Positions 10,510 through 21,934 of a stretch of 64,000 nt of DNA are shown here, in pieces. The DNA lies in NCBI GenBank assembly GCA_050251055.1, contig JBFWNL010000006.1, forward strand, positions 32,001 through 96,000, in the 5' to 3' direction. Under the pieces are notes generated by a model that was not told the DNA's origin, did not search any database, and saw only the letters and a list, made by a program, of their open reading frames with translations. The position numbers were made by a program, and so were the translations under genes. How positions within the stretch are numbered: position 1 is the first letter of the stretch; each line of letters starts with the position of its first letter. This stretch comes from Bacteriovoracia bacterium (GTDB taxonomy: Bacteria > Bdellovibrionota > UBA1018 > JBFWNL01).

Positions 10510-11444
10510 AGCAAGGGCGTTGGTACTTGCTGAGCGCGTTGCTGCTCGGGTGCCTGTTTCTCATCTCTTGGCGGGTAGGCGGCGAGTCGGCGGGTTTGGA
10601 TTCTGCCGTGTTGACCCAACTGCGATTGCCGCGATTGCTCGCAGCCGTCGCCGTGGGTATGGGGTTGAGCTTGGCGGGCGCCGTAATGCAGTCCGTTTTC
10701 GCCAATTCCCTTTGCGAGCCTTACACGTTAGGAATTTCCTCGGGCGCGTCCCTAGGCGCGGTGGTGGGAACTAGCCTCGGGCTCAGTCTGGATTTTATGG
10801 GGATTGCCGGCGGGGCGTTCGTGGGCGCGTTAGCGTTCATGTTGGTTCTGTACGTCATGGCGTCCAAGCGGGACATCGGCAACGCCTCGCTTTTACTCGT
10901 GGGCGTGATGCTCGGGCTCTTTGGCTCGAGTCTCGTTACGTTGTGGATGGCGATGTCGGAGGCGAACGGGATTCAAGGCGCGATTTTTTGGCTGTTGGGC
11001 GATCTTTCCCGCGTGCGCCTGCACGGCTCCCTGCTGCTGGTGGCCGGCGTAATCGCACTGGGCGCGGCGGTCTATTCCCGGCATCGCGCGCTGGATGCGT
11101 TGATGTTGGGCGAGCAAGAAGCCCGCTCGTTGGGGATCGATTTTTCGGCCGAGCGCCGTCGTCTCATTTTCCTCGTTTCTTTGCTGGTCGCCCTGTGCGT
11201 CAGTGCATCCGGCATGATCGGCTTCGTGGGCTTGGTCGTCCCCCATTTCGCCCGCAAGCTCATGGGGGCCTTGCATGGCCGAATGCTGCCCCTGGCGGCG
11301 CTCTGGGGCGCGATCGCGCTTTTGCTGGCGGACTTTTCCGTGCGAAATTTCGCCCAGCCGTACGAGATCCCCGTGGGCGTGGTATGCGCGCTCGTGGGTA
11401 CCCCGCTTTTCGCTTGGATTTTTCTGAAACGGGAGGCGGTGTGA
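10506..11444 (+). CDS. ABC permease, BtuC/FecCD family
   Basis: LRLPRLL..GAVMQSVFANSLCEPYTLGISSGA..GMIGFVGLVVPH..EIPVGVV. Confidence 0.92.
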   Translation: MKQGRWYLLSALLLGCLFLISWRVGGESAGLDSAVLTQLRLPRLLAAVAVGMGLSLAGAVMQSVFANSLCEPYTLGISSGASLGAVVGTSLGLSLDFMGIAGGAFVGALAFMLVLYVMASKRDIGNASLLLVGVMLGLFGSSLVTLWMAMSEANGIQGAIFWLLGDLSRVRLHGSLLLVAGVIALGAAVYSRHRALDALMLGEQEARSLGIDFSAERRRLIFLVSLLVALCVSASGMIGFVGLVVPHFARKLMGALHGRMLPLAALWGAIALLLADFSVRNFAQPYEIPVGVVCALVGTPLFAWIFLKREAV

Positions 11445-12232
11445 AGGAAACCCCCGCGCTGCTGGGCGCCTACGGCGTTCATTTTCAACGCAAGGGCGTG
11501 ACCGTGCTCTCCGAAATCACGGTGGAGCTACGTGCGGGTGAGGTTACCGCGTTCGTCGGACCCAATGGCTGCGGAAAAACCACTTTGCTGCAGGTACTCG
11601 CCGGGTGGATTGATTTTCGCGCCCGCGGTCGATCGGGGGGCGGAGGCGTGCTGACGTATCTCGGTCAGGACTTTACCCAGCTCTCGCCGGCCCAAAAGGC
11701 GGAACGCGCGGTTTATGTCGGGGCCGATTTTTCCACGGAGTTTCCGCTGACCGTAGAGGAGTTCGTAGGCTTGGGCCTGATTTGTCGGTCTTCCGGAGTA
11801 AAATCGGCGGCAGTAGCTATCGACGATGCGTTGAGGGACGCCGACGTTTCGGTATTGCGCGCGCGCTCCGTACGCTCTTTGAGCGGAGGAGAACGGCAGC
11901 GCGTGAATCTCGCGCGAGCTTTGTTGCAGGCACCCAAGGTGTTACTTTTGGACGAAGCATTTTCAAAAATGGATGTTGATCGGCTGGGTTACTTTCGTGA
12001 TTTGTTGCGACGCTTAACCCGCGAAGGCCGTGCGATCGGGCTGGTTTCCCATGATTTGAATTTCGCGGCCGAAACCGCGGATCGTTGCGTCTTGATGCGC
12101 GAAGGCCGCGTAGTGAAGGCGGGCGCGCTTGGCGAAATCTTTACGCGCGATGAGCTAGCCTTGGTCTATCCGCGCTCGGAGCTGCGCGTGGCGCCGGATC
12201 CGTTTTCTGGGAAGCCGAAACTCTTCTATTAG
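11441..12232 (+). CDS. ABC ATPase (cobalamin/iron-chelate)
   Basis: GPNGCGKT, LSGGERQR, LLLDE, SHDL; GTG start overlaps the permease stop. Confidence 0.92.
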   Translation: MKETPALLGAYGVHFQRKGVTVLSEITVELRAGEVTAFVGPNGCGKTTLLQVLAGWIDFRARGRSGGGGVLTYLGQDFTQLSPAQKAERAVYVGADFSTEFPLTVEEFVGLGLICRSSGVKSAAVAIDDALRDADVSVLRARSVRSLSGGERQRVNLARALLQAPKVLLLDEAFSKMDVDRLGYFRDLLRRLTREGRAIGLVSHDLNFAAETADRCVLMREGRVVKAGALGEIFTRDELALVYPRSELRVAPDPFSGKPKLFY

Positions 12233-12276
12233 ATTGGGGGGGTAAATTTTCGGCAAATCCAGGCAGCCAGCGGCGC

Positions 12277-13149
12277 CTAGAAATAAACGGTGGCGCCGAG
12301 CGTATGCGCCGTCGTCGCCGGATGCCCGGCCTTGGTTTCCGTCGCCCGGTAAAACGCGTAGTCGAGGGAGATACGCGGCGCGATCCAACCCAGGCCGAAG
12401 CCGAAACCCTTGCCGATGGTGTTCAGGTACGGGACGTTCGCGTTATTGAAAAATCCACCACGGAGAAAAACGTCTTTAAAGAGCGTGAGCTCCGTGCCGA
12501 ACTCGATGCCCCAGTTAGCGTCGGCATAAATGATGTCTGGCGTGTAGTGGGGGTCGATGTAAAAGAGCAGGATTCCCATTACGTTCGCCTTCGTGCCCAC
12601 GATGAATTCGCGGTACCAGCCGTTGGCCTGGCTGGAAGGCGACGAGAGCAAGTTGTCGATAGTGAACGAAAGCTGCATCCACTCGCTTAAAATACCGCTA
12701 AAGGAGAAGTTCAGATCGCGCGCGGCCTGGGAGGCGCTGCTGTTCGGCAGGTAGAATTTTGCGCCCAGGCCAAAGCCCGTGCGTTGGATGAAGGACTTGG
12801 CTGCGCCCATGTGAAGGTAGGCGCCATTTTCCTTCACCGTGTAGCCTGCGCCCGCGGCGAAGAGCGCGGAGCGGCCGTCTTGGACCGAAAGGTTGTAGAG
12901 GCGGCCGTAGTAGCCATTGTCGCCGGAATATTTCTGCAGCCCAAAGCCGATGCTCTGGGTTTGGATGAAGGTGCTGTACGAAGGATTCAAGTAAATGGAA
13001 TCGTTGAGTAGAGGCCCTGCGTGACCCGCGCCGCCCAGTGCGGCCGTCCGCGGCGAATGGTAATCCGAGCCCCACGCCGAAACGGAGGAGAGAGCCACGA
13101 GCGCGGCGGTAAATACCTGACTAATTACGGAAGATTGTGCGGGCCACAT
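12277..13149 (-). CDS. Outer-membrane beta-barrel protein (PorV/FadL-like N-terminus)
   Basis: Signal peptide, SPRTAALGGAG..IYLNPS, alternating aromatic/Gly strands, C-terminal TVYF. Confidence 0.55.
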   Translation of the reverse strand: MWPAQSSVISQVFTAALVALSSVSAWGSDYHSPRTAALGGAGHAGPLLNDSIYLNPSYSTFIQTQSIGFGLQKYSGDNGYYGRLYNLSVQDGRSALFAAGAGYTVKENGAYLHMGAAKSFIQRTGFGLGAKFYLPNSSASQAARDLNFSFSGILSEWMQLSFTIDNLLSSPSSQANGWYREFIVGTKANVMGILLFYIDPHYTPDIIYADANWGIEFGTELTLFKDVFLRGGFFNNANVPYLNTIGKGFGFGLGWIAPRISLDYAFYRATETKAGHPATTAHTLGATVYF

Positions 13150-13193
13150 GAAGCACTCGATAAAATACAACTGTTTGGATAGAGTGTAAAGCG

Positions 13194-14066
13194 ATGTCGA
13201 CCTCCAAACGAATTCGCAAAGCCGTGATTCCCGCGGCCGGGCTCGGTACCCGCTTTCTCCCGGCGACCAAGGCCGTGCCCAAGGAAATGATCCCTATCGT
13301 CGACGTGCCGATGATCCAGCTGATCGTGCAGGAAGCCGTGCAGTCCGGCATCGAGGAGATCGTTCTCGTGACCGGGCGAGGCAAAGACGCGATCGAAAAC
13401 CACTTCGACTTCAACTACGAGCTCGAAGATACCCTCGAGAAGAAAAACAAGCCCGAGCTCGCCAAGATATCCAAGGACCTGGCCCGGATGTGCAAGGTCA
13501 TGTACGTGCGGCAGAAAGAACCGTTGGGCCTGGGGCACGCCGTCCTAGCCGCCGCCCCGCTCGTGGGCGACGAGCCGTTCGCGGTGCTCTTGCCCGACGA
13601 TCTCATCGACGCCAAGATTCCCTGCACGAAACAACTCGCCGACGAATACTTCGCGGGCGGTAAATCGGTGGTGGGCGTGATGGAAGTCGCGCCTTCGGAA
13701 GTTTCCAAGTACGGGATCGTCGCGGGTAAGATGATCGATCCGAAGCGTATGGCCGTCGCTGACGTGGTCGAAAAACCGGCGGCGGCGGCGGCGCCTTCTC
13801 GACTAGCTATCCCAGGCCGCTACGTGCTGCACCCCCGGGTGTTTGATTATTTACGGGAGTTGAAGCCTGGAAAGATCGCCGAAATTCAGCTCACCGATGG
13901 ATTGACTGCGTTAGCGCGGAATGAAGGTTTGACCGCGTATCTTTACGAAGGCGATCGTTACGATGCCGGCGATCGGTTGGGTTATCTGGAAGCCACCTTG
14001 GTCTACGCGATGAAGCGGCCGGAGCTGCGCGATGGCCTCGCTAAAATCGTTAAGAAATACTTTTAG
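13194..14066 (+). CDS. galU: UTP--glucose-1-phosphate uridylyltransferase
   Basis: KAVIPAAGLGTRFLPATKAVPKEM, QKEPLGLGHA, VEKP, EIQLTD. Confidence 0.97.
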   Translation: MSTSKRIRKAVIPAAGLGTRFLPATKAVPKEMIPIVDVPMIQLIVQEAVQSGIEEIVLVTGRGKDAIENHFDFNYELEDTLEKKNKPELAKISKDLARMCKVMYVRQKEPLGLGHAVLAAAPLVGDEPFAVLLPDDLIDAKIPCTKQLADEYFAGGKSVVGVMEVAPSEVSKYGIVAGKMIDPKRMAVADVVEKPAAAAAPSRLAIPGRYVLHPRVFDYLRELKPGKIAEIQLTDGLTALARNEGLTAYLYEGDRYDAGDRLGYLEATLVYAMKRPELRDGLAKIVKKYF

Positions 14067-14075
14067 GGGACGGAT

Positions 14076-14927
14076 GTGTTGAAGCGACGAATAGCTTTGA
14101 TTTCAGTTTTGCTTGGGTTTTGGGGAGGTGCGGCGCACGCGTACATTCCGCCTTCCGAATACCTAGTGACGAAAATCGCGGAAAAGCACAAGAACTTCGG
14201 CGCGATCCTGTTGACCTCCATTATTAGCGTTCCCGGTACTACCACGCCGCCCACGGGTCCGAGCGCGCCGGCGTCATTCCCCGCCAACGGGTTCAAGGAA
14301 GTCGCCCTGATTGATTTCAAGCGCAAGACGATCGAGAGCCATGCGTACGACGCCTCCGGGTACGAGGTTTTTTCCGTGAAGCGCAATTTGGGCGAAGGTC
14401 CCTCTAATCGCATCCCTCTGATGAATTTTCTGTTTTTCGAGGAAAACCCCGAAGAGGTCAACCATGCGATGATCCTCTCCGGCGTGAGCGTCATGCTCTC
14501 CCACAAGTTGCAGGCGATGGAGAACGAGATTGAACGCCGGGCCGCGGAAAAGAGCTACCTCGATCGTTGGAACGACCGCGTGGCTTGGGTGATCGGCGAG
14601 CGTCCAGAAGATAAGGGCTCCCTGGGGAAGCCGCGTATTTACATCGAAAAAGACTCGTTCCTGCCCCTGCGTTGGGTCGGCGCGCTCACTGCGAACCCCG
14701 ATCGGGTCTGGGACGTGACGTTTGACCGTTACCGTTTCGTGAAGGGTTATCAGTACCCGAACGACATCGTGCTTTTGGAAGACGGCGCGCCCGTGTTGAA
14801 GGCGGAGGTAAGCTCGCTCATCGTCGGTCCGGATCTTAAAAAATCGCCTTTCGACAAATCCGCGCAGACCGCTTCGGGCGGTGCCGCCTCGGATCTGCTA
14901 AAAAAATACTACACGGTCTTGCGGTGA
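14076..14927 (+). CDS. Secreted hypothetical protein (possible LolA-like fold)
   Basis: Signal peptide ending AHA; [27 protein letters not shown] pattern typical of LolA-like beta sheets. Confidence 0.5.
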   Translation: MLKRRIALISVLLGFWGGAAHAYIPPSEYLVTKIAEKHKNFGAILLTSIISVPGTTTPPTGPSAPASFPANGFKEVALIDFKRKTIESHAYDASGYEVFSVKRNLGEGPSNRIPLMNFLFFEENPEEVNHAMILSGVSVMLSHKLQAMENEIERRAAEKSYLDRWNDRVAWVIGERPEDKGSLGKPRIYIEKDSFLPLRWVGALTANPDRVWDVTFDRYRFVKGYQYPNDIVLLEDGAPVLKAEVSSLIVGPDLKKSPFDKSAQTASGGAASDLLKKYYTVLR

Positions 14928-17002
14928 AACCCCCGTCTTCCGAATTATCCGGCGAAGGATCCGGGGATCTCATTCTTTCCGTCGCCATTCCGCGTCCGCT
15001 CGAAGGACTGTTTACCTATCGGCTGCCGCGGGAAATGGCGGGAGAGGTGAGTCTGGGCGGTTGGGTGAAGGTGCCCTTCGGCCGAACGGTGACCCATGCC
15101 TACGTGGTCGAGAACCCGGTGCCGGCGAGCGATACCCCCGGTCACCTGCAGGATAAATCCCTGAAAAACGTGCTCGCGGTGGGCGACCGGGAAACCATCC
15201 TGCCTCCGGAAGTCGTGAAACTATGCCGCTGGGTGCACGAATATTACCAAGCACCGCTAGGGGAAGTCATGAACGTGGCGCTCTCGGCCGCCGCGATGGG
15301 GTTGAAAGCGAAAAAGGAAAGGGCGTCCAAAGGCGAGGCGCCCCCGCCGACCGAACCGCGCGTGCTTACCTTGAGCGCCGACCAGGACCGGGTCGTGGAA
15401 GCGCTGGATCGCCTTAGGCTGGACGCTCCGGCGACGGACGGCCAGACGGCGCTTCTTCACGGGGTCACGGGGAGCGGAAAGACCGAAGTGTACATGGAAC
15501 TCGCGCGCCGTGCCTTGCGCGCGGGACGAAGCGTACTGGTGCTCGTACCGGAAATCGCCCTTACGCCGCAGTTGCACGAGCGGTTTGAGCAGGGCCTGGG
15601 CTGTCGGGTCGCCCTGTGGCACTCGGCGGTTTCTGACGGAAAGAAACACCAGCAGTGGCTCGCCCTTAAGCGAGGTGAGTTGAAGGTACTGGTGGGCGCG
15701 CGGTCGGCGATCTTCGCGCCCATGCGTGACCTGGGGTTGATCGTCGTCGACGAAGAACACGACAGCTCTTACAAACAGGAAGAGCGCGTGCGGTACCAGG
15801 CACGCGATTTGGCGCTCGTGCGCGGTCGCGCGGAAAAAACCTTGGTTTTACTCGGATCGGCGACCCCCAGCCTAGAGACCTTGGAGAAGGCCCGTGACGG
15901 GCGGCACCATTATTTCGAGCTTAAGGAGCGGGTTACGGGAGGCGGATTGCCCTCGGTGGAAGTCGTGGACATGACCGAGGAGGAGTGGGTGGAAGATCTG
16001 CGCGCGCCTTTCGCCAAGCGCACGTTGGAGGAGATCCGCAAAACCCTCGAGGCCGGCAACCAGGTCATGGTGTTTTTGAATCGACGGGGTTTCGCCGCGT
16101 TCCTCGTTTGCGCTGATTGTGGTGACGTGCGCGAGTGTCCCGACTGTTCGATCTCGCTGAGCATGCACAAGCGGCAGCGCAAGCTGAAGTGCCACGTTTG
16201 CGGGCACCAGGAACCCATTCCCGACATATGCGGAAAGTGCCAGAGCCTGAATCTTGATCCCGTGGGGGCGGGGACGGAAAGCCTGGAGGACGAGCTGCCC
16301 GCGGCGGTGCCGGGCTTGGTGCCGTTGCGGTTGGATCGCGACCAGGTGACGAGCGTGCAACGGCTGGAGCAGTTGCTCGATGACTTTCGAGCGGGTAAGG
16401 CGAATTGCCTGCTCGGTACGCAAATGCTCGTGAAGGGCCACGATTTCCCTAAGGTCACGCTGGTGGTCGTGGTGATGGCGGATGCGCTTTTTCGTTGGCC
16501 AGATTTTCGCGCGCCTGAACGCGCTTATCAGGTGCTGACCCAGGTGGCGGGCCGCGCGGGTCGGGGGAGCGAGCCGGGTCGTGTGCTGATCCAAACCTTT
16601 TCGAAAGACCACCCGGTCATCGGCGCCGTCAGCGGGAGTTTTCCGGTTGAAGATTTCTTGAAACAAGAGCGTGAGCTGCGCGAAACCCTGAATTATCCGC
16701 CGTTCGGTCGACTCGTGCGCCTACGCCTAGAGGCGCCCGAACCCGCCGAGGCCCAACTGCGCGCCGCCGCTGTTGCGCGCCACCTGCAAGGGACGCTGAC
16801 CGGCGTGTCGGACGGGGGGTTGCAGCTGCTTGGGCCGAGTGAGGCTTTTTTGGAGAAAATGAAGGGCACTTACCGCTGGGATTTGTTGCTCAAGTCCAAA
16901 GAGGTGAGGCCCCTGCAGCGGGGCGCGTTTGAAGCCCGTAAATTCTGCTATTCAAAAAAGTGGCCGCTGCTTGTCGACGTGGACCCTTCCGGGGTAGGAT
17001 AG
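14924..17002 (+). CDS. priA: Primosomal protein N'
   Basis: [21 protein letters not shown], four CxxC pairs, [20 protein letters not shown]. Confidence 0.97.
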   Translation: MKPPSSELSGEGSGDLILSVAIPRPLEGLFTYRLPREMAGEVSLGGWVKVPFGRTVTHAYVVENPVPASDTPGHLQDKSLKNVLAVGDRETILPPEVVKLCRWVHEYYQAPLGEVMNVALSAAAMGLKAKKERASKGEAPPPTEPRVLTLSADQDRVVEALDRLRLDAPATDGQTALLHGVTGSGKTEVYMELARRALRAGRSVLVLVPEIALTPQLHERFEQGLGCRVALWHSAVSDGKKHQQWLALKRGELKVLVGARSAIFAPMRDLGLIVVDEEHDSSYKQEERVRYQARDLALVRGRAEKTLVLLGSATPSLETLEKARDGRHHYFELKERVTGGGLPSVEVVDMTEEEWVEDLRAPFAKRTLEEIRKTLEAGNQVMVFLNRRGFAAFLVCADCGDVRECPDCSISLSMHKRQRKLKCHVCGHQEPIPDICGKCQSLNLDPVGAGTESLEDELPAAVPGLVPLRLDRDQVTSVQRLEQLLDDFRAGKANCLLGTQMLVKGHDFPKVTLVVVVMADALFRWPDFRAPERAYQVLTQVAGRAGRGSEPGRVLIQTFSKDHPVIGAVSGSFPVEDFLKQERELRETLNYPPFGRLVRLRLEAPEPAEAQLRAAAVARHLQGTLTGVSDGGLQLLGPSEAFLEKMKGTYRWDLLLKSKEVRPLQRGAFEARKFCYSKKWPLLVDVDPSGVG

Positions 17003-17019
17003 ACCCTGGCGGGGGTGCA

Positions 17020-17757
17020 ATGAGCAAAGAACGCGAAGCGTTCTCCAAAAATCTTCGAAGTAAGATCAAGGCGCAGATCGATCTGGCGCAGGAAGAGCTC
17101 AAGCGCGATCTTTTTCGCCGCCGCATCGAGGTCGCGCGGCAGGGAATTCGCTCCTACGAAGACGGGCAGATTACCGAAGCCGTGAAGCATTTCCACATGT
17201 ACCTGCGCATCTTGGAAGAGTGGAAGAAGGTTCCCGAATGGGGACTCACGCCGGGTCTTTTCGATATGAAGGCCGATCAGGCGGAGCTGCTGCTCATTAG
17301 CGGCGTATACTGGGACATGGCCAAGATCTACGACCGGACGCGCACCGAAAGCGGGCAGCGTGATTTCCGTAGGTATCTCGAGAAATACGTGCTCTTTTCC
17401 ACCGGCATGCCGTTTCAGGCGCTTTGCGCCGAGGCGATTCGGAAGTATTCCGCGTTCAATAAAGGCAAGCACAAGGCGGCATTTAAGGCCGCATATAAAC
17501 GTCTGGCCGTTGGGAAATGTTTTGTGGCCACGGAGCTCTACGATGAACTCGCGCCGTCGACGTTGCCGAGCCTACGCGATTTTCGCGACGAAACGCTCGC
17601 TCGCTCACGCTCGGGGCGTGCGTTCACCGCCTGGTATTATCGGCACGGAGAACAAATCGCGGAATGGGTGGCGAGAAAGCCGGCTTGGTTCAGGTCTTGC
17701 CTGGCGAGGATTCTGGACTGGATGGCGCGTTCGGTGAGGCGCCCGACGTCGGATTAG
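17020..17757 (+). CDS. Helical protein with C-terminal CFI-box-CTERM-like domain
   Basis: GKCFVATELY..LRDFRDETL..GRAFTAWYYRHG. Confidence 0.7.
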   Translation: MSKEREAFSKNLRSKIKAQIDLAQEELKRDLFRRRIEVARQGIRSYEDGQITEAVKHFHMYLRILEEWKKVPEWGLTPGLFDMKADQAELLLISGVYWDMAKIYDRTRTESGQRDFRRYLEKYVLFSTGMPFQALCAEAIRKYSAFNKGKHKAAFKAAYKRLAVGKCFVATELYDELAPSTLPSLRDFRDETLARSRSGRAFTAWYYRHGEQIAEWVARKPAWFRSCLARILDWMARSVRRPTSD

Positions 17758-18523
17758 CGGCTCCGTGCAGGACCGTGCCGATGCGTCCGGGGCGGAAGTA
17801 GTAAAGGCCTTCCTTGAAATCCACCCAAAGCGAAAGCCAGATCACCATCGCCTTGCCTTTGATGTTCTGCATCGGGACAAAGCCCCAGAAGCGGCTGTCG
17901 TTGGAGTGGTCGCGGTTGTCTCCCATTACGAAATACTGGTCCTGCGGCACCGTGATCGGCCCGAAGTTTTCGATGGAATAAGTGCTGGAATCGACCATGA
18001 CGGTAGGCGTGTCGTTCTGCATCTTCTCGTGGAAGATTTTTAAGCTACTGAGGTTGTAGCTGCTGGGATCGATCGTGGCGGTTACCTGTTTGGCTTCGTC
18101 CGCCGAAAGCGGTTCGGAAGCGATGGGCTGGCCGTTAATGATCAGGCGCTTGTCCTTTAGCTCCACGGTGTCGCCAGAGGTCGCGACAATCCGTTTGATA
18201 TAATAGAGGCTTTCGTCCTTGGGGTACTTGAACACGATCACGTCGCCGCGCTTGGGGGGATCGCGTCGGATGAGATAGACCGGATCGCCGAACCACTCGG
18301 TAAAGGGGAGCTTGAAGCCGTAGGCAAATTTATTGACGAAGATGTGATCGCCGATCAACAGGGTGGGGATCATGGAGCCCGAAGGGATCTTGTAGGCTTC
18401 GATGATGCTAGAGCGGACCATGAGGACCAGGAAAAACGCGATCCCGATCGAGGTGACGTTCTCGATGAGCCACTTTTTGCGGGACTTGCCCGCCGAGGGG
18501 GTGGGCTGCTCCGGGTTTTCCAT
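17690..18523 (-). CDS. lepB: Signal peptidase I
   Basis: IPSGSMIPTLLIGD, YIKRIV, GDNRDHSNDSRFWG. Confidence 0.97.
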   Translation of the reverse strand: MENPEQPTPSAGKSRKKWLIENVTSIGIAFFLVLMVRSSIIEAYKIPSGSMIPTLLIGDHIFVNKFAYGFKLPFTEWFGDPVYLIRRDPPKRGDVIVFKYPKDESLYYIKRIVATSGDTVELKDKRLIINGQPIASEPLSADEAKQVTATIDPSSYNLSSLKIFHEKMQNDTPTVMVDSSTYSIENFGPITVPQDQYFVMGDNRDHSNDSRFWGFVPMQNIKGKAMVIWLSLWVDFKEGLYYFRPGRIGTVLHGAANPTSGASPNAPSSPESSPGKT

Positions 18524-18589
18524 ATGGCGTTAACGATACTCCGAAATGAGCGCCAGTTATAGAAAAATCTGGTAAACTTCTGGGAGGTT

Positions 18590-19678
18590 ATGCGGATTCT
18601 CGCCCGGTACGTCTCCGAGGTTTTTATCAAGAATTTCCTGATGGCTCTGCTCGGCCTGACGCTCATTTACCTCTTCCAGGCCGTCATGGGGATGCTCTTC
18701 GATAACCAGTTCCCGCTGCACCAAATCCTCATTTATAAGGCCATGGAGCTGCCGGAGATCATGGTCCAGGTCTGTGCGCCGGCCGTCTTGGTGTCTACCG
18801 TCCTTTGCTTGGGGGGGCTGAACCGCAGTAACGAGCTCACGGCGTGTTATTCGATCGGGATCGGGTTCCGGCAGATCGTCGTGATCCTCCTTTCGCTTAT
18901 TTTCATGATCTCCTGCCTTACCCTCGCTACTCAAGACCGCGTGCTACCCATGCTCTTCAAGCGTAAGACGACTTACTACTGGCACGACATGAAGAAGCGG
19001 ACCGACTTCGTGCTGGATCTGCGCCAAGACAAGATTTGGTATCGTTCCAAGAACTTGATTTACAACCTACGCACCTTCGATCCCGCGAACCGCACGATTC
19101 ACGGCATGGTGATCTATACTTTCGACGACGATTTTCGCTTGGCGGAGGTGACCGAGGCGAAGTCCGCTACTTATAACGATGCGAACTGGAAGTTGATGGA
19201 TGGCACGGTGACAGTGTTCACGGGTTCCGAGGGCTTTCCTTTGACCAAGAAGTTCGAACAGAAGGAGCTCGTGATCGGTGAGACGCCGAAGGACTTCCAG
19301 GAAATCGAAAAGGAAGTGGGTGGGCTGCGGCTGAAGGAGTTGTATCGCTACATTCAGCGTACGCGCGAGAACGGAATCGACGCGCATTCATACGAGGTGA
19401 GATTTCATTCACGAATCAGTCAAAGCTTCGTGCCGATTGTGATGTGTTTTCTCGCGCTTCCTTTTTCGACCCGGAATCGTCGCGAAGGCGGCGCGGGTGC
19501 GGGCAAAGATGTCGTGATTTGCTTGGGATTTTCCTTTCTATATTTACTTTTCCAATCGATCGGATTATCCCTGGGGGAAAATGGCGCACTGCCCCCATTG
19601 GTCTCGGCGTGGTTGCCGAGCGTGATTTTCCTGGGCTTGGCGGTGGCGCTGATCACGTATCGTCGGAAGACGGCGTGA
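18590..19678 (+). CDS. lptG: LPS export permease, LptG/LptF family
   Basis: MRILARY.., LNRSNELTA, periplasmic domain, three C-terminal TMs with PPLVSAWLP. Confidence 0.85.
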   Translation: MRILARYVSEVFIKNFLMALLGLTLIYLFQAVMGMLFDNQFPLHQILIYKAMELPEIMVQVCAPAVLVSTVLCLGGLNRSNELTACYSIGIGFRQIVVILLSLIFMISCLTLATQDRVLPMLFKRKTTYYWHDMKKRTDFVLDLRQDKIWYRSKNLIYNLRTFDPANRTIHGMVIYTFDDDFRLAEVTEAKSATYNDANWKLMDGTVTVFTGSEGFPLTKKFEQKELVIGETPKDFQEIEKEVGGLRLKELYRYIQRTRENGIDAHSYEVRFHSRISQSFVPIVMCFLALPFSTRNRREGGAGAGKDVVICLGFSFLYLLFQSIGLSLGENGALPPLVSAWLPSVIFLGLAVALITYRRKTA

Positions 19679-19698
19679 GGCCGGCGTGAAACATTAAA

Positions 19699-20298
19699 AT
19701 GGCGAAACTGAAGATCTACACATTCCCCGACACGGTCTTGAAGCAAAAGGCCGCCCCGATCGCCCGGGTGGAGAAGTCTTATTTCAAACTCGCCGACGAC
19801 ATGCTCGAGACCATGTACCACGCGCCCGGCATCGGGTTGGCCGCGAACCAGGTGGGGCTGCTCGAGCGGATCGTAGTAATCGACACCGATTACAAGCTAG
19901 ATGATCTGCCCGAGGGCGCCCCTCCCCCTGATTTGGCTGAAGGCGGCGAGGTGGTGAGTGGCGGGATCATCACGAATCGCAAACCCATCGTGATGATTAA
20001 TCCGGAGATCGTGTATCGCGAAGGCTCCCAGATTTACTGCGAAGGCTGCCTTTCGGTGCCCGAGTACCAGGAAGAAGTAAAGCGAGCCGAAAAAGTAAAG
20101 GTCGAGTATCAGGATCCGGATGGACTGAAGCACACCCTGAGTGCGGAGGGATTGCTCGCCGTTTGCATCCAGCACGAGCTCGATCACCTGGACGGAAAGC
20201 TCTTCATCGATCGCTTAAGCACGATCAAGCGTGATCTCGTAAAAAAGAAACTCATCCGGGCGCGCGCCGAAAAAGAAGCCTCGGAGTCAGAAGATTAA
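19699..20298 (+). CDS. def: Peptide deformylase
   Basis: GIGLAANQVG, EGCLSVP, QHELDHLDG. Confidence 0.97.
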   Translation: MAKLKIYTFPDTVLKQKAAPIARVEKSYFKLADDMLETMYHAPGIGLAANQVGLLERIVVIDTDYKLDDLPEGAPPPDLAEGGEVVSGGIITNRKPIVMINPEIVYREGSQIYCEGCLSVPEYQEEVKRAEKVKVEYQDPDGLKHTLSAEGLLAVCIQHELDHLDGKLFIDRLSTIKRDLVKKKLIRARAEKEASESED

Positions 20299-20302
20299 GG
20301 AA

Positions 20303-21241
20303 ATGCTCAAGGTCGTTTTCATGGGCACGCCCGAGTTTTCGCTGCCCGCCCTGCGGGCGGTGGCGGGCGCGCACCAAGTGGTGGCGGTATACACGCAACC
20401 CGATAGGCCCGTGGGGCGAGGGCTGGAAGTTCGGTACTCTCCCGTGAAGCAGGCGGCGCTGGATTTGGGTCTGCCCGTTTTCCAGCCTGAGAAACTTTCC
20501 GATGTAGGTGAAATAGAAAAGCTGCGCGCGCTGCAAGCCGACGTGATGGTCGTCGTGGCTTACGGTCAAATCTTGAAGCGCGCCGTGATTGAAATGCCCA
20601 GACTGGGCTGCATTAACATCCACTCCTCCTTGCTTCCGCGCTGGCGTGGGGCCGCGCCAATCCAGCGCGCGATGCTCGCGGGCGACGCGGAAACGGGCGT
20701 GACGACGATGCTGATCGCCGAAAAGCTCGACGCCGGGGATATCTTGCTGCAAAAGCACACGCCGATTGCCGCCGACGAAACCGCGCAAACCCTGCATGAT
20801 CGGTTGGCCTCCTTGGGCGGCGAGTTGATCCTACCGACGCTCGCGGGGCGGGCGGATGGCTCGCTTCAGGCACAGAAACAGGACGAAGCAAAGGTGACCT
20901 ACGCGGCGAAGCTGACCAAGGAGCTCGAGCGCCTGAATCCCGTCGGCTCCGACGCTGCGAGTCTTGATCGTCAGGTGCGCGCGTTGAATCCGTGGCCCGG
21001 GACCAGCGTGACGCTCACGACGGGCGAGCGGCTGAAGATCAAGCGCGCGGCCTTGCGCCGTGATGTCACCGGCGGCGCGGGGACCTTGTTTGAGAAGCAA
21101 GGGCAAGTGTTTTTAGGCGCATCCGACGGCGCTTTGGAGCTGGTACGCGTGCAATGGGATGGGAAAAAGGAAGTTGATTCTTCGGCCTTTCTCAATGGTA
21201 TAAGGGGGGCAGGTTTGAAACTTCCCCTGCAACTCGCGTGA
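20303..21241 (+). CDS. fmt: Methionyl-tRNA formyltransferase
   Basis: VFMGTPEF, NIHSSLLPRWRGAAPIQ, LDAGD. Confidence 0.97.
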   Translation: MLKVVFMGTPEFSLPALRAVAGAHQVVAVYTQPDRPVGRGLEVRYSPVKQAALDLGLPVFQPEKLSDVGEIEKLRALQADVMVVVAYGQILKRAVIEMPRLGCINIHSSLLPRWRGAAPIQRAMLAGDAETGVTTMLIAEKLDAGDILLQKHTPIAADETAQTLHDRLASLGGELILPTLAGRADGSLQAQKQDEAKVTYAAKLTKELERLNPVGSDAASLDRQVRALNPWPGTSVTLTTGERLKIKRAALRRDVTGGAGTLFEKQGQVFLGASDGALELVRVQWDGKKEVDSSAFLNGIRGAGLKLPLQLA

Positions 21242-21250
21242 TCGGAGCCC

Positions 21251-21930
<680 letters not shown>

Positions 21931-21934
<4 letters not shown>

